Shown piece after piece: positions 30,331 through 41,079 of a DNA stretch of 64,000 bases. The notes under the pieces were generated by a model that was not told the origin of the DNA, made no database searches, and saw nothing but the letters and a program-made list of their open reading frames with translations. The translations under genes and the position numbers were made by a program. Every line of letters begins with the position of its first letter. Within the stretch, counting starts at the first letter, position 1. Location of the stretch: IMG/VR virus record IMGVR_UViG_3300035498_000371, positions 174,844 to 238,843 of that record; one strand, given 5' to 3'. The DNA is from a virus (lineage: Duplodnaviria; Caudoviricetes).

Positions 30331-30786
30331 ATGAATGGAAACCTTATTGTAGACATTGTTGTTATTGTATTGATCGTAGGTTCTTACTTATTCGGTAAGT
30401 ATGTAACTCCTAACCTTTCTGATGAGGCTAAAACCCTTATCGAGAATGGTGCTGCTGAATTCTCCCTAATAGCAAACTTTGCAGATAAGTTTGTTGTATG
30501 GGCTCGGGAGTTCATGAAAGACAGCAAAGGCAGTGAAAAGATGGAAGAAGTTGTAAAACAGCTAGAGCAGATTGCAGAAAAATACAATATTACAATGACA
30601 GAAGACCAGCTAAAGGCAATAGCCCAGACTGCTTATGAAAACATGATTGGTACTACTAAGAGCGCTGAAGAGGTTGCTAATCAAACCATACAAGCAATTG
30701 TAGTAGAAAAGCAGACTGCTGTTGATCCTTCTGTTGATAACATTGAAATGCTCGACGAGAGCACTAAAGTAATCAAAGAAGATTAA
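30331..30786 (+). CDS. Phage holin, LL-H-like
   Basis: N-terminal TM followed by GSEKMEEV...ITMTEDQLKAIAQTAY. Confidence 0.65.
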   Translation: MNGNLIVDIVVIVLIVGSYLFGKYVTPNLSDEAKTLIENGAAEFSLIANFADKFVVWAREFMKDSKGSEKMEEVVKQLEQIAEKYNITMTEDQLKAIAQTAYENMIGTTKSAEEVANQTIQAIVVEKQTAVDPSVDNIEMLDESTKVIKED

Positions 30787-30863
30787 CACAAAATGGGGGT
30801 GCGGGAGTCCGCACCCTCTAATATTTTGACATTATAGTAAATCAGATTAAGGAGGTGGAAATT

Positions 30864-31400
30864 ATGGCTGATTTTAATATGGGCCCTTTTAAGCCTAATC
30901 CTAAAGGTAAATATGATCCTAGCGCAAAGTATAAATACTTTGACTCTGTAGAATTTGACGGAGGATGGTATTTGAATATTAACAGGGATGAAGTTGATGG
31001 GATTTCCTGTATAGGAATTCTTCCTGAAGGACAAGCGGAATCAGAGTTATATTGGATGTGTTTATGCCGTAGGGGAAATGATGGTAAATCACCAGATGCT
31101 TATTTACCTTTTATAACTATAGATGAAACTGGAATATGGGATTACTCCTTATCAGATAAAGCTATAGTTCCTAAAGAGCTAGATATTAAGCTTACGATAA
31201 ATAACGCCTATGATGGGTGCTGTGGTATTATCGTTACAGATAATGCTAATTTAGAGTTGCCCGATAATAGTGATTGCTCTATTGACTTCGGTTATATTGA
31301 TGCTGGAGCCAACCAATATTATATGTATACATTTATTTGTATGCCATATGGAGAGGAATTGAAGTTCTTATGGAATAGGACGGTGATGAATAATGGGTGA
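30864..31400 (+). CDS. Hypothetical protein, probably tail-associated
   Basis: PKGKYDPSAKY..FDSV start resembles tail-fibre N-terminal modules. Confidence 0.5.
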   Translation: MADFNMGPFKPNPKGKYDPSAKYKYFDSVEFDGGWYLNINRDEVDGISCIGILPEGQAESELYWMCLCRRGNDGKSPDAYLPFITIDETGIWDYSLSDKAIVPKELDIKLTINNAYDGCCGIIVTDNANLELPDNSDCSIDFGYIDAGANQYYMYTFICMPYGEELKFLWNRTVMNNG

Positions 31401-32463
31401 ATTTGGTATGCCTATAACACATATTATTCATAACTCTAACCACATTAGATTCATGAGAAAAGCTATCATTAATCATCCTGAAGATATAATTGATCATCCT
31501 GGCTTAATTAAATTTCCTAAAAAATTTAGAGATTTAGAGGCAGGGATTCATAGAGTAGTATTCGAAAAGTATCCCACTAAGGTCTTTTACTTTAACATGT
31601 ATTGCAATTGTGGGTCGAATGAGCTTGTGATTATAGATAATATAAACTATGCTCATTTTGTTACAGGAGTTGGCGCTTATCCAATTCTTCTTTATGAAGA
31701 AACAACTGCTGATGATTATTATATCATGAATAATACTCTTAATGATTATTTAAATCTTCTTATGGTTGATGGGGAAACTAGCATTACTTATTCTAATGAG
31801 GATAAGAGCATAGATCTTAATAACCCATGCAGTTTAGCTGCGGTAGATTCTTTGACAGTTGAGACATCTAATGGGAATGACAACAAAAATGACAAACAAA
31901 TATTTAATTTACGGCACGAATTAAGATCTCTACCAGATGGTAGAAAAGACTTATTTGTGCTGGATGCAGAAAACGAGAGAGCATATATCTTATACAAGGT
32001 AGGTCACACTACCATAACCGGAATGGAAGAAATTACTAAAGTCGACTCATTCTCAAATGATTTATATTCAGTATATTTCATTAAGAATGATAATGTAATA
32101 AAAACTGATAATCCTGAATCATTGATTTGCACACACTTCAAGAGTATTCAGTATGATAAGTTTAGGAGATTAGAGTTTAACCAAAACTCTATTTGCATAT
32201 CTTATGATGAATGGAGAGGAAGAGGATTCTATATTAAGATTTCTAATGAGATAGCACCAACCCTTGATAGCTTTATTCAGTTTGTCAATGGCAATCTGTT
32301 TATGACTAATAAATTAGAAGTGATGTTCCCGTTAGTAAAATCATACCAAACTAATGTATTACTTGATGAGTACCATGTAAGAACCTTTTTCGACAAAACA
32401 AAACTAAAGCTTCAGGGTTCCAAAGATCTTCCTACTTATTTCTTTAAAACAACGTTCAAGTAA
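31393..32463 (+). CDS. Hypothetical protein, probably tail-associated
   Basis: LRSLPDGRKD motif; coupled to the previous gene. Confidence 0.5.
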   Translation: MGEFGMPITHIIHNSNHIRFMRKAIINHPEDIIDHPGLIKFPKKFRDLEAGIHRVVFEKYPTKVFYFNMYCNCGSNELVIIDNINYAHFVTGVGAYPILLYEETTADDYYIMNNTLNDYLNLLMVDGETSITYSNEDKSIDLNNPCSLAAVDSLTVETSNGNDNKNDKQIFNLRHELRSLPDGRKDLFVLDAENERAYILYKVGHTTITGMEEITKVDSFSNDLYSVYFIKNDNVIKTDNPESLICTHFKSIQYDKFRRLEFNQNSICISYDEWRGRGFYIKISNEIAPTLDSFIQFVNGNLFMTNKLEVMFPLVKSYQTNVLLDEYHVRTFFDKTKLKLQGSKDLPTYFFKTTFK

Positions 32464-32505
32464 CTTATATTGAAACGATGCCATTTGTAAGGAGGAATGT
32501 AAAAA

Positions 32506-33297
32506 ATGGAATCACATATTATTTTTATAATTTTAAGTTGCATTATAACAATTATAGCTCTCGTTATCGCCGTATTTATTATCCTTGGACTGGATAAGAA
32601 AAATTCAAATAAACTAAAAGAATCTACGCAGAAAGATATGAATCAAATCCGTGATGAAATCATCAAAATGGAGCAGCGATTTGTTGAAGAGATTCAGGGA
32701 CTAGCTCTACAGCAAGAAGAGCATAATTCGAGTGCAAGAAAGAAGGACAGAGATCTATTTAATACCTTCGTAAAACTTCGTGATTCGATTAAAGAGAACT
32801 GCATGAATACTATGCACGATACTAAGGCATGTAGATTGGCTGTATATTTATTGCATAATGGTAGTAGTTCAACTCATGGTGTAAGATTCTTCAAAATGTC
32901 TTGCATTTGTGAGAAAGTTGCAATTGGTAGTGGGATTAGAGAACAGTCAATAGAGCATTCCAACATTCCTATCAACCTGTTTGATGATATGGTTGAAAAA
33001 CTTATAAACGATGGGAAATATATTATTGTAAATGACGATGAATTAAATAATCGTAATTGTAGAATATTTATATCTGCTCAAAAAATTAAATATTCTCAAG
33101 CTGTTGCTATATTCGATCTGAATAACAATATACTTGGGTTTGTACTTGCAGAGATGGATCATCCTTACGATAGGGATATAGCTCTACAGGAAAAAGAAAA
33201 GATTGATGTTTTTGTAAATCAGCTGGTACCAATACTATCATATTCGGAATATGTTGAAACAGCAATAGAAAGGCAAGAGGATGCGCAGCACGAATAG
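32506..33297 (+). CDS. Membrane-anchored protein with coiled coil and GAF-like domain
   Basis: N-terminal TM; RLAVYLLHNG..FKMSCICE..ILGFV pattern. Confidence 0.5.
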   Translation: MESHIIFIILSCIITIIALVIAVFIILGLDKKNSNKLKESTQKDMNQIRDEIIKMEQRFVEEIQGLALQQEEHNSSARKKDRDLFNTFVKLRDSIKENCMNTMHDTKACRLAVYLLHNGSSSTHGVRFFKMSCICEKVAIGSGIREQSIEHSNIPINLFDDMVEKLINDGKYIIVNDDELNNRNCRIFISAQKIKYSQAVAIFDLNNNILGFVLAEMDHPYDRDIALQEKEKIDVFVNQLVPILSYSEYVETAIERQEDAQHE

Positions 33298-33372
33298 TGC
33301 TGTGCTCCTTTGTTTTGATTTGACATTCTGGAAGACATTTTAGTAAAATTTACTCTATGGAGGTGTTATGTA

Positions 33373-34629
33373 ATGGCTATTATATATAGAATAAACAATA
33401 GTGACGATACAGATAAGCAAGTACCATCTAAGGCTTATGTGGATAGTATCGCTAAGCAAATTCTTGATGTTATTGTAGAGCACAATAATAATTCTTCTGC
33501 TCATGATTCATTAATCAAGATTAAGAATTATAGCGTTGATACTAAGTCTTGTACAGTAGAAGATTTTCCATCTTTAGTATCAGATGAACCACAAGAGATT
33601 ACTCCTGAGGATATTAAAACTGATGCTAACAATGGATTCATTTCTCAGGCTACGCTTATGTCATTAAAAGAGAAACCTACTCTTCTTGAAGTTAAGCAGA
33701 TGGTAAATAATGCTAAAGAAGATGTTGCATCAACAATGCAGTCTAGATTCGATGAAATGCTTAATGCTCAGGATGCTATGGAAAAGATTAAAATCTTAAT
33801 AAATGCAATAAAAGAAGATAGTACTTTAAACAGCCTTCTTCAATCTATTGCAGATAAGACAGATAATAGTATTTTTGAAGAGCATATTAAAGACGAGATG
33901 CATCTTACATCTAATGACAGAAAAGCATTAAATGTGTTAATCCAATTATCTAGATTAGGATTTGCTGATTGGAATGCCACTGCTGATGATATTAATTTTA
34001 TACAGAATAAACCTACAAAGCTTCCTGCAGATGGTGGTAATGCAGATAGTGTTGGAGGATATACTGCAGATAAATTAATTAATAAATCCTCATCTGATCT
34101 TGTAATTGGTATAGATAATGGAAGGTACAGTCCATCTCAGGTTGATTTGTTGATTGAATCTGATTATTCTAATCTTACTGAAGTGGCAGAATTCATATCA
34201 AACAAATTCTGTGGCAAGATCGATCTGCGCCCAGGATATTATCCTTTCAAGGCTCTTACCATATGCTACGATAGATCTGTAAAGGATTACGATACAATTA
34301 TTACTGGTGCTGGTAATAATACAGTAATTCATAATTGCGAGAATTTTATCGTAAATCAGCGAGTAAAATTAAAAGAGATTTGTTTCGAGTCCTCAGACGT
34401 CCATATTGGGTCTAACTGTAACATTGAAGGATGCGAATTTAGCGATTGTAATATATATCTAGAGGCCTCGGTGTCGACTACCATCACAAACTGCTATTTT
34501 AAAGATTGCACATTCATATTCATCGCTAATTGTACGAGCAATATTATATCTTATAATCGTTTACTTAACGTCCAAGGATTTAAATATATCGGAAAGAATA
34601 ATATTATCGCCAATAATATTACATTATAA
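33373..34629 (+). CDS. Tail-fibre/spike-like protein with C-terminal beta-helix
   Basis: ADWN..FIQNKP, GGNADSVGG, LRPGYY, ITGAG and repeated NC.F/I.N beta-helix rungs. Confidence 0.6.
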   Translation: MAIIYRINNSDDTDKQVPSKAYVDSIAKQILDVIVEHNNNSSAHDSLIKIKNYSVDTKSCTVEDFPSLVSDEPQEITPEDIKTDANNGFISQATLMSLKEKPTLLEVKQMVNNAKEDVASTMQSRFDEMLNAQDAMEKIKILINAIKEDSTLNSLLQSIADKTDNSIFEEHIKDEMHLTSNDRKALNVLIQLSRLGFADWNATADDINFIQNKPTKLPADGGNADSVGGYTADKLINKSSSDLVIGIDNGRYSPSQVDLLIESDYSNLTEVAEFISNKFCGKIDLRPGYYPFKALTICYDRSVKDYDTIITGAGNNTVIHNCENFIVNQRVKLKEICFESSDVHIGSNCNIEGCEFSDCNIYLEASVSTTITNCYFKDCTFIFIANCTSNIISYNRLLNVQGFKYIGKNNIIANNITL

Positions 34630-34651
34630 AAGCAAAAGATACAGCAGAACC

Positions 34652-36004
34652 CTAAATATGGGTTCTGCTAGTATTTGTGTCTAATTCATCAATATGCTTT
34701 ATTGTTTCCATAATATAACCATTATCACAGTATATTCCGATAACAAGAACTTGATTGGTTAATTTACGATTTACATGCATGATTAAATTATTCCAATCAA
34801 ATGTATAACCACATTCTTCTGCATCATTAAACACTTTGAAGTTCATGAACAGGTAAGGATTCAAACTCATATCAAGAGTATATTTAATTACTCTTTCTAT
34901 ATCAGTTCTATCAAACTGCTCTTTGAAATCTATATCGATTTCTGTTCCTAAATCTGTTTCATCGACTTCATACTGGACTGGTTCTGTGGTGATCATCTTC
35001 CAATGATTCTCATCCTCTGTAGGAACATCAGTCTTGGCTGATTGCATTATGCAAATATAATGCTTATTAGGATCTATAGGAGCTGCTTTATGAATCCAAT
35101 TCTGTTCCTGCTGAGAATAATAAGTATAGCAATACGGAGCAGTCATTTCTATGGTTACTCCAAAATCTATATTATAATTAGTCATAAGCATATCCTGACG
35201 CTCACCATCATCTCCGTTAGGAAAATCAGATTTAATATGAGCTACACAATCTGGTACTTTGATGAAATATTCATTATTTCCTGTAGAGCATCTTAGCTTA
35301 TATAAGAATGGAATTAATGAATGAGAATTAAGATATTTAAGCATTTCTGAACTATCTATTGGAGTTCCATCATCATACATCTTAATGCCATTATCGAATG
35401 CTATCTGAGATATTATTCTCTTTGGTACATGGACATCTAAAGATAATTCTCTGGTCTCTGTCATGCCAGCACGATGCTTAAATTTGATGAATTCCATCAT
35501 ATCTAACTCTTCAGCTTTAGTATCAAGTCTTATTTTATAAGTAAACTGCATTAAGATAGTCTTAAACTGAATCTGTAGATGCAATCCTCTATTATGGCGA
35601 ACATCTTCGAAGAATGTGCCTTCCATTCTACTTCTTCTCATCATCATATTAAGCTCTGGATTAGTATCAATCCATTCTCTATTATGAGACATATCTATCG
35701 TAGGGATTATGGCAAGCAAAGGATTAGAATGCTTCAATTGAGCATTAATATCTGAAAACTTCCTAAATTCATCAAATGTATGCGATCCTTCAACATAAAC
35801 TGAATTAAAATAATGATCTCCAAATTTCTCTAAGAACCATTCTTTAGCAAACTCCGTACAAATAGAATAGGATGAATATTGTGATGGCAGAGTAACGCTA
35901 GATAATAAAGTTCTTTCTGTAAACTTTTTATTTAAATCATCTGGAGTTATTGGTCGTAATCCTTTAACATCAGAAGCATTAAAAGACTTAAATTCCTGAG
36001 ACAT
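34652..36004 (-). CDS. Probable virion structural protein
   Basis: 450-aa ORF; late-type motif at 36040-36029. Confidence 0.5.
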   Translation of the reverse strand: MSQEFKSFNASDVKGLRPITPDDLNKKFTERTLLSSVTLPSQYSSYSICTEFAKEWFLEKFGDHYFNSVYVEGSHTFDEFRKFSDINAQLKHSNPLLAIIPTIDMSHNREWIDTNPELNMMMRRSRMEGTFFEDVRHNRGLHLQIQFKTILMQFTYKIRLDTKAEELDMMEFIKFKHRAGMTETRELSLDVHVPKRIISQIAFDNGIKMYDDGTPIDSSEMLKYLNSHSLIPFLYKLRCSTGNNEYFIKVPDCVAHIKSDFPNGDDGERQDMLMTNYNIDFGVTIEMTAPYCYTYYSQQEQNWIHKAAPIDPNKHYICIMQSAKTDVPTEDENHWKMITTEPVQYEVDETDLGTEIDIDFKEQFDRTDIERVIKYTLDMSLNPYLFMNFKVFNDAEECGYTFDWNNLIMHVNRKLTNQVLVIGIYCDNGYIMETIKHIDELDTNTSRTHI

Positions 36005-36074
36005 AATTATTCACATCCTTTCTGGTTTTAATTTTATGTCTTTCGACAACAAAAAAATAATATATTAAGAAACA

Positions 36075-36097
36075 CGGTAACCCATAATGGGTTACCG
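36075..36097 (-). terminator. Terminator hairpin
   Basis: CGGTAACCCA-taa-TGGGTTACCG. Confidence 0.65.
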
Positions 36098-36108
36098 CTA
36101 TATGTTTT

Positions 36109-36381
36109 TTATAATACTGCTCTGCTTAAGAGAGTAATTCTATCTGACGTGTGTTCAAGCAGCTCCCAAAACATTCCAATTTTAGGATCTGGTTTGTCAT
36201 TTAATACCTCTTCGTTAGCCACAATATAGAGCCAGAATAATGTAGCATTTTCGTTATCTTGCTCTATAAATTTAATAGTTCCCTCGTTTGTTATTCCTGG
36301 ATCAACTTGGTCTACAATTTCAACCACGTCTCCAACTCTCCAATCAATTTGTTCAAATACGTATTCTCCTATAGGTGCCAT
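36109..36381 (-). CDS. Hypothetical protein
   Basis: ORF with AGGAG RBS. Confidence 0.55.
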   Translation of the reverse strand: MAPIGEYVFEQIDWRVGDVVEIVDQVDPGITNEGTIKFIEQDNENATLFWLYIVANEEVLNDKPDPKIGMFWELLEHTSDRITLLSRAVL

Positions 36382-36395
36382 ATTTCATTCTCCTT

Positions 36396-36833
36396 TCACA
36401 TTTTAAATATCCATTTTCCGCCGTCTTCAATATTTACTTGCGTTAATGATTTTCCCGACGCATGTGAAATTTTTAATAGCTCCATCATGTTCTCGTTTAT
36501 CATAAATGCTCGTAGTTTACTTTCATCGAAAACAGCTATGTCTATTGATACTACTATTTCATCTTCTGGTATTTCTATCACTGTAGTATTATGGCATTCA
36601 TAATAACCAATGAATCTATCTGATAAAACAAGACTTGTTTGATTGAAATCATGTGGATAATTAAATAAGCATTTTATTGCTCTTTTATATGCCGTATCTG
36701 GTCTGAGAAATTCTAAATTTGTATCTATATCAAAATAAACCAAATCGTCAGACGATAATGAGAACCCAGTCATATTTGTATTATCATCTGTAACTTCCAC
36801 ATAACTTATAACAATTTTTGGAATATCATTCAT
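36396..36833 (-). CDS. Hypothetical protein
   Basis: ORF with AGGAG RBS. Confidence 0.55.
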   Translation of the reverse strand: MNDIPKIVISYVEVTDDNTNMTGFSLSSDDLVYFDIDTNLEFLRPDTAYKRAIKCLFNYPHDFNQTSLVLSDRFIGYYECHNTTVIEIPEDEIVVSIDIAVFDESKLRAFMINENMMELLKISHASGKSLTQVNIEDGGKWIFKM

Positions 36834-36910
36834 TTTAAATACTCCTTTCGCAAAATATAAGGGAGCACTTTAGTAGCGCTCCCTCATACTTATATATTTG
36901 GGTCGAGATT

Positions 36911-37384
36911 TTATTTCTTACGCTTATGACCATTATCAACGATCTTGCACATCTGTACAGTATCATCGATAACTGCTCCTGCTAAATGAGCCTGAGCAAA
37001 TGTCATGTAATCAAGCATCATAAGCATATTATGAAACTCATTTGTAGCATAGAGCTTTGCAGCATACTCATTATTACGATGAATATTATAAAGCATCTCA
37101 GATGTATTATCTGGAAGTGAACCTGCATATTCGCCTTCGCTCTCCCACATATCGCTTGTAAGATACTGGAAGTTTGGCATTGCAGGATCTCTCTCTACTA
37201 CATTCGTTGGTAGCCGTTGTTCTTCTGCATCGTCATCTACTAATGTAGGATCATCAACCTCAAATGTTCCATCACCTAAAGCTTTGACTGATGCATTAGG
37301 ATCGAACTCGCTAAGTAATTCAGCGAGTTTACCTGCTGTCCCTGTTTTTGTTTCGTTGTTTGGCGCAATTATAAGTTTTGCCAT
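36911..37384 (-). CDS. Hypothetical protein with C-terminal MCKIV motif
   Basis: Follows the RNAP gene in the same operon; RBS present. Confidence 0.6.
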   Translation of the reverse strand: MAKLIIAPNNETKTGTAGKLAELLSEFDPNASVKALGDGTFEVDDPTLVDDDAEEQRLPTNVVERDPAMPNFQYLTSDMWESEGEYAGSLPDNTSEMLYNIHRNNEYAAKLYATNEFHNMLMMLDYMTFAQAHLAGAVIDDTVQMCKIVDNGHKRKK

Positions 37385-37401
37385 ATTTCATTCTCCTTTC
37401 G

Positions 37402-39904
37402 TTATTCAATTGCCTGAAGCATTTTGATTCTCTCAACTTGCTCAGGCGTATATTCGCAAAGCGATTTTAACGCATTTGCGTTTATGATTACATCTCTTGA
37501 AAATAGCATATCTGAATTGCATCTGCCATCATTTCGAGATATAAACATCCGTCTTGGCGATAGCACATTATTTGCTATCCTAATAAAGTCCTGATTATAC
37601 AGGTAGAGAATATTTAAAGTATCTCCCAACTCATTCACTAGGGTCGTTAATCCTAGCAGTTCTCTTATGAACTTCTTCGGTTTTTCTCCGAATGTTTAGA
37701 TCATATCTTCATCCTTAGCTTTACCTATTAGGATGCCTTCCACTTCGATTTAAAGGATTTTCACCTACTCACTTGAGCCCTACTCCTGTTGCGCTTATTT
37801 TTTATGCTGCTTGAGCGCCCTCCCACGGGGATGATCGTTGAACTTTATTTTAGTATAATTTATTTATACTAAAACCTTAGATGCTGATTGTACATTGTTA
37901 ATAGGCCTTAGCACCAATTATTTTACAATTGGCTTTTATTTCAGCATAGCCCATCTCTGTACTTTGTTTCTATCTTTCGATTCTCATGTATAATAATGAG
38001 CACCAGAGCATTAGTACTTCCCAGCAATTCAAAAGGAAAGCTCGCACTATATTATCTATAATACGAGGACAGATTTGTTTATCGAAATCTGCAGCTAATA
38101 TCTTTAATATGAGCAATGATACAGACATTGTATAATCCATATTAATACCCACAACATGAACCGCTAATACGCCGCCATACGATATGGTCGGATTTCTATT
38201 TATCAGTACCGGTAGTCCATTTTCTGAATCTTTGATTAAACCATCTATAATATCATAGACAGCCTGATCATTACCTGTAATCTGTGCTTTAAACCACTTC
38301 TTATATGCTTCTGCATAAGTAATATTATAACTTCTTACGAGTATATTTATAATTACCTGCTGAAGCAATTCACATAATCCATGGAATGGTAATTTTACCT
38401 GATCGCATTGAAGCGATACATCTTGCTTAATAACAGATCTGCTACTAAATGCATACCTCGGTTTCTTCACATAGGTCGTTAATCTATGCAGTTCTCTTAT
38501 GAACTTCTTCGGTTTTTCTCCGAATGTCGAGACTATATCTTCATCCTTAGCTTTACCTATTAGGATGCTTAACCACTTCGATTTAAAGGATTCTCACCTA
38601 CTCACTTGAGCCCTACTCCTATAGACGAATTTCACGTCCCATATGGGGATAGTCGTTGAACTTTATCTCTGCATGAATATATTTAAATCATACTTATGAG
38701 ATCTTAGCTGCTGATTATACATTGTTAATAGACCTTAGCACTAAGTATGTATGATATTATACTTAGCTTTTATTTCAGCATAGCCCATCTCTGTACTTTG
38801 TTTCTATCTTTCGATTCTTATATTTCTATAAGCTCCAGAGCATTAGCACTTCCCAGCAATTCAATTAAGTTTAATTCTCAATATTCCTATTGAAAATGGG
38901 CTAATCATATAACCCCCTATAGCAGATCTTATATCGCCTCTTTTCTTAGCAAGCATCTCTTTAATTTCAAGATAGACGCTATTTAACTGATACTGAATAT
39001 CATAGAGAATGCTAAGTTTCTCTTTCTTTTTGTTATCCATACGAAGCTTATCTTTGTTGCATCTATAAACAAGATTAGCAAGCATATTAAACTGCTCATT
39101 ACAAGCCTCATACTTCAATGAACCATCATCGATTCTAGATGGTCTTAACAGACTGGAATATACAGAAATGGTATGCGTAAATGTGATAGGTCTCATAGCC
39201 ATAAGATCATCATAATATAATTTTTTCTGCGGATATTTAGATAGATAGAACGCTAAAATTTCCTCATACCTTTCCTTAAATTCCATTAATCCAATTCCCT
39301 TAAACGGTTCATCTTTTTTTGTCGATATCGTAGGAATAATAGCTCCATTAGAATCTACATCAACTATAGGTTCAATAATCCTATTAAGCCTAGCAGCTCC
39401 TATAAAGCCTTCGAGGGTACGATAAATATTAGGGTGAATGATCCAATATTTGTCTTTAAGAACAAGATAACCAGTGATGGAAATATCATCACCTACATAT
39501 CTAACTCTAGATTCACATACGTCACACCATTCACCATGGTTAATAGACCCTCTCTTGATACCACAATTGCAACGATACAATCCATTAAATGAATCTACAT
39601 CGGTAATTGAGTTTGAACCATAACGATAAGAATAAATACCATCCTGGTTCTTGATGTCTTTCTTGATACCTCTTGGAGCAGAGATTATAAATCCCTTACC
39701 AGATTTGATATCATCGGCTCTTCTCTGATCAAGATTGATTCGATTCAGATAAGTCTGAAACTCATAATCGTCGCTGTATGGATACGTTAGTACGATATTC
39801 ATACTATCTTCTTCTAACGCTTCTTTACCAGCGGTATAGATGGGCGCCGAATTACCCTGACGCTCAGCTTGCGTCTTAGGTAACATTTTGTTGCTATCAT
39901 CCAT
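37402..39904 (-). CDS. rpoC: Phage multisubunit RNA polymerase beta'-like subunit, N-terminal/catalytic part; exons 39904-38912, 38458-38081, 37626-37402 (531 aa spliced)
   Basis: Zn-binding CNCG..CDVC; LLRP; splicing restores IGG^RYAFSSR and the catalytic AADFD^GD; NRNPTI motif; all exons are multiples of 3. Confidence 0.9.
37627..38080 (-). mobile_element. ORF-less group I intron (454 nt) inside the DFD^GD motif
   Basis: 5' exon ends in U pairing with GUC (P1); terminal G at 37627; P7 strands CAACGAUCAU and AAGAUAUGAUC. Confidence 0.9.
38459..38911 (-). mobile_element. ORF-less group I intron (453 nt) in the RNAP gene
   Basis: Exon GGGU pairs with intron GCCC (P1); terminal G at 38459; P7 strands CAACGACUAU and AAGAUAUAGUC. 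Confidence 0.9.
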
Positions 39905-39957
39905 GTATTAAACCTCCTTGCTGTAAAATTGTTAATATATGAATGTATTCTGGCTAA

Positions 39958-40455
39958 TTATTTTCTAGAAAGCTCATTAGCCATATTGAACACTTTCATT
40001 CCATTACGGTTTATCGGTGATATAAATACCTTAGAAAACTCTAACTGGGTATAGAAAGATAAATCAATGAATCCTGCGTCCATAAGAATCTTTGATTGTC
40101 TGTCGATTACCTCATCGAATGGCAATTCTTTCTTACCAATCTTTTCTTCCTCTGATACTTCTTCCGCCTTCTCATAATAGAATTCACTTCTAGGAAATTC
40201 TTCAAATGATACATAAGCCTGAGCTATTACTACAATACCATTTTCGATAGAACTCCTCATAAGTAATTCAACCTGCTCTTTAATTACCTTCGGGTCGTTG
40301 TTGAAATTATACGGATCAATGCTTACTAAAACAGCATTCTCCAATCCAACCGTTTTCATAACTCCAAAAATATCCTGGACTCTGAATGGATAATTGTTAA
40401 TTTCTTTAGAATCTGGATTTTCCGTAACTCTCCATAAGTTAGCTTTTAAATGCAT
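39958..40455 (-). CDS. Hypothetical protein
   Basis: ORF with GGAGG RBS. Confidence 0.55.
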   Translation of the reverse strand: MHLKANLWRVTENPDSKEINNYPFRVQDIFGVMKTVGLENAVLVSIDPYNFNNDPKVIKEQVELLMRSSIENGIVVIAQAYVSFEEFPRSEFYYEKAEEVSEEEKIGKKELPFDEVIDRQSKILMDAGFIDLSFYTQLEFSKVFISPINRNGMKVFNMANELSRK

Positions 40456-40525
40456 AATGCTTTACCTCCATTTATTTTATATTATAGCTTGCACTACACT
40501 TTTATATTATATTATTTCAAATAGA

Positions 40526-40554
40526 ATTACCGGTAGGAATAACCTACCGGTAAT
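40526..40554 (-). terminator. Terminator after nrdG
   Basis: ATTACCGGTAGG-aataa-CCTACCGGTAAT. Confidence 0.7.
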
Positions 40555-40558
40555 ATTT

Positions 40559-41062
40559 TTATGAAGTATATAATTGTATTTCTCCAGATGATAGAGTTGC
40601 TTTAACATCTATAACTCTCTGATTTGTGCTGCCAGCCCATTTATATTTTTGATCTAATAATTCTTTTACAAATGGACCATCAACTACAACATCGCATAAT
40701 TCAACGATTTCTCGACGTTTATCATTTTGCTGAATTGATTCCCATGTATATCCTGTATAGAGCCATATGGTCTTTTCAGGATATGCGGTTCGTACTAATG
40801 AGACAAGAAATTTAATGCCATCAAGATTGAATTCATGAAGCGGGTCGCCTCCAGAGAATGTTATGCCGTCTATATAGTCATTATTTAAGCACTCTAATAT
40901 CTCATCCAACGCATCAGTGTCAAATTTAACTCCTGAGTTCGGATCATGGGTCTGAGGGTTATGACATTCTGGGCAATTATGAGTGCAGCCAGATACAAAT
41001 AATACTACTCTCAGCCCATCTCCATTTCTCATATCCTCATGCATTATCGTATGATAATTCAT
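40559..41062 (-). CDS. nrdG: Anaerobic ribonucleotide reductase activating protein (radical SAM)
   Basis: NGDGLRVVLFVSGCTHNCPECHN, GITFSGGDP, WLYTGY, DGPF, GSTNQR; start moved to 41062. Confidence 0.95.
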   Translation of the reverse strand: MNYHTIMHEDMRNGDGLRVVLFVSGCTHNCPECHNPQTHDPNSGVKFDTDALDEILECLNNDYIDGITFSGGDPLHEFNLDGIKFLVSLVRTAYPEKTIWLYTGYTWESIQQNDKRREIVELCDVVVDGPFVKELLDQKYKWAGSTNQRVIDVKATLSSGEIQLYTS

Positions 41063-41079
41063 AATACTATCACCTGCCT

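Noticed and set aside
37627-38911. Long direct repeats as an IS element or CRISPR array
   Set aside because: They are shared core sequences of two related introns; there is no transposase and no repeat-spacer periodicity
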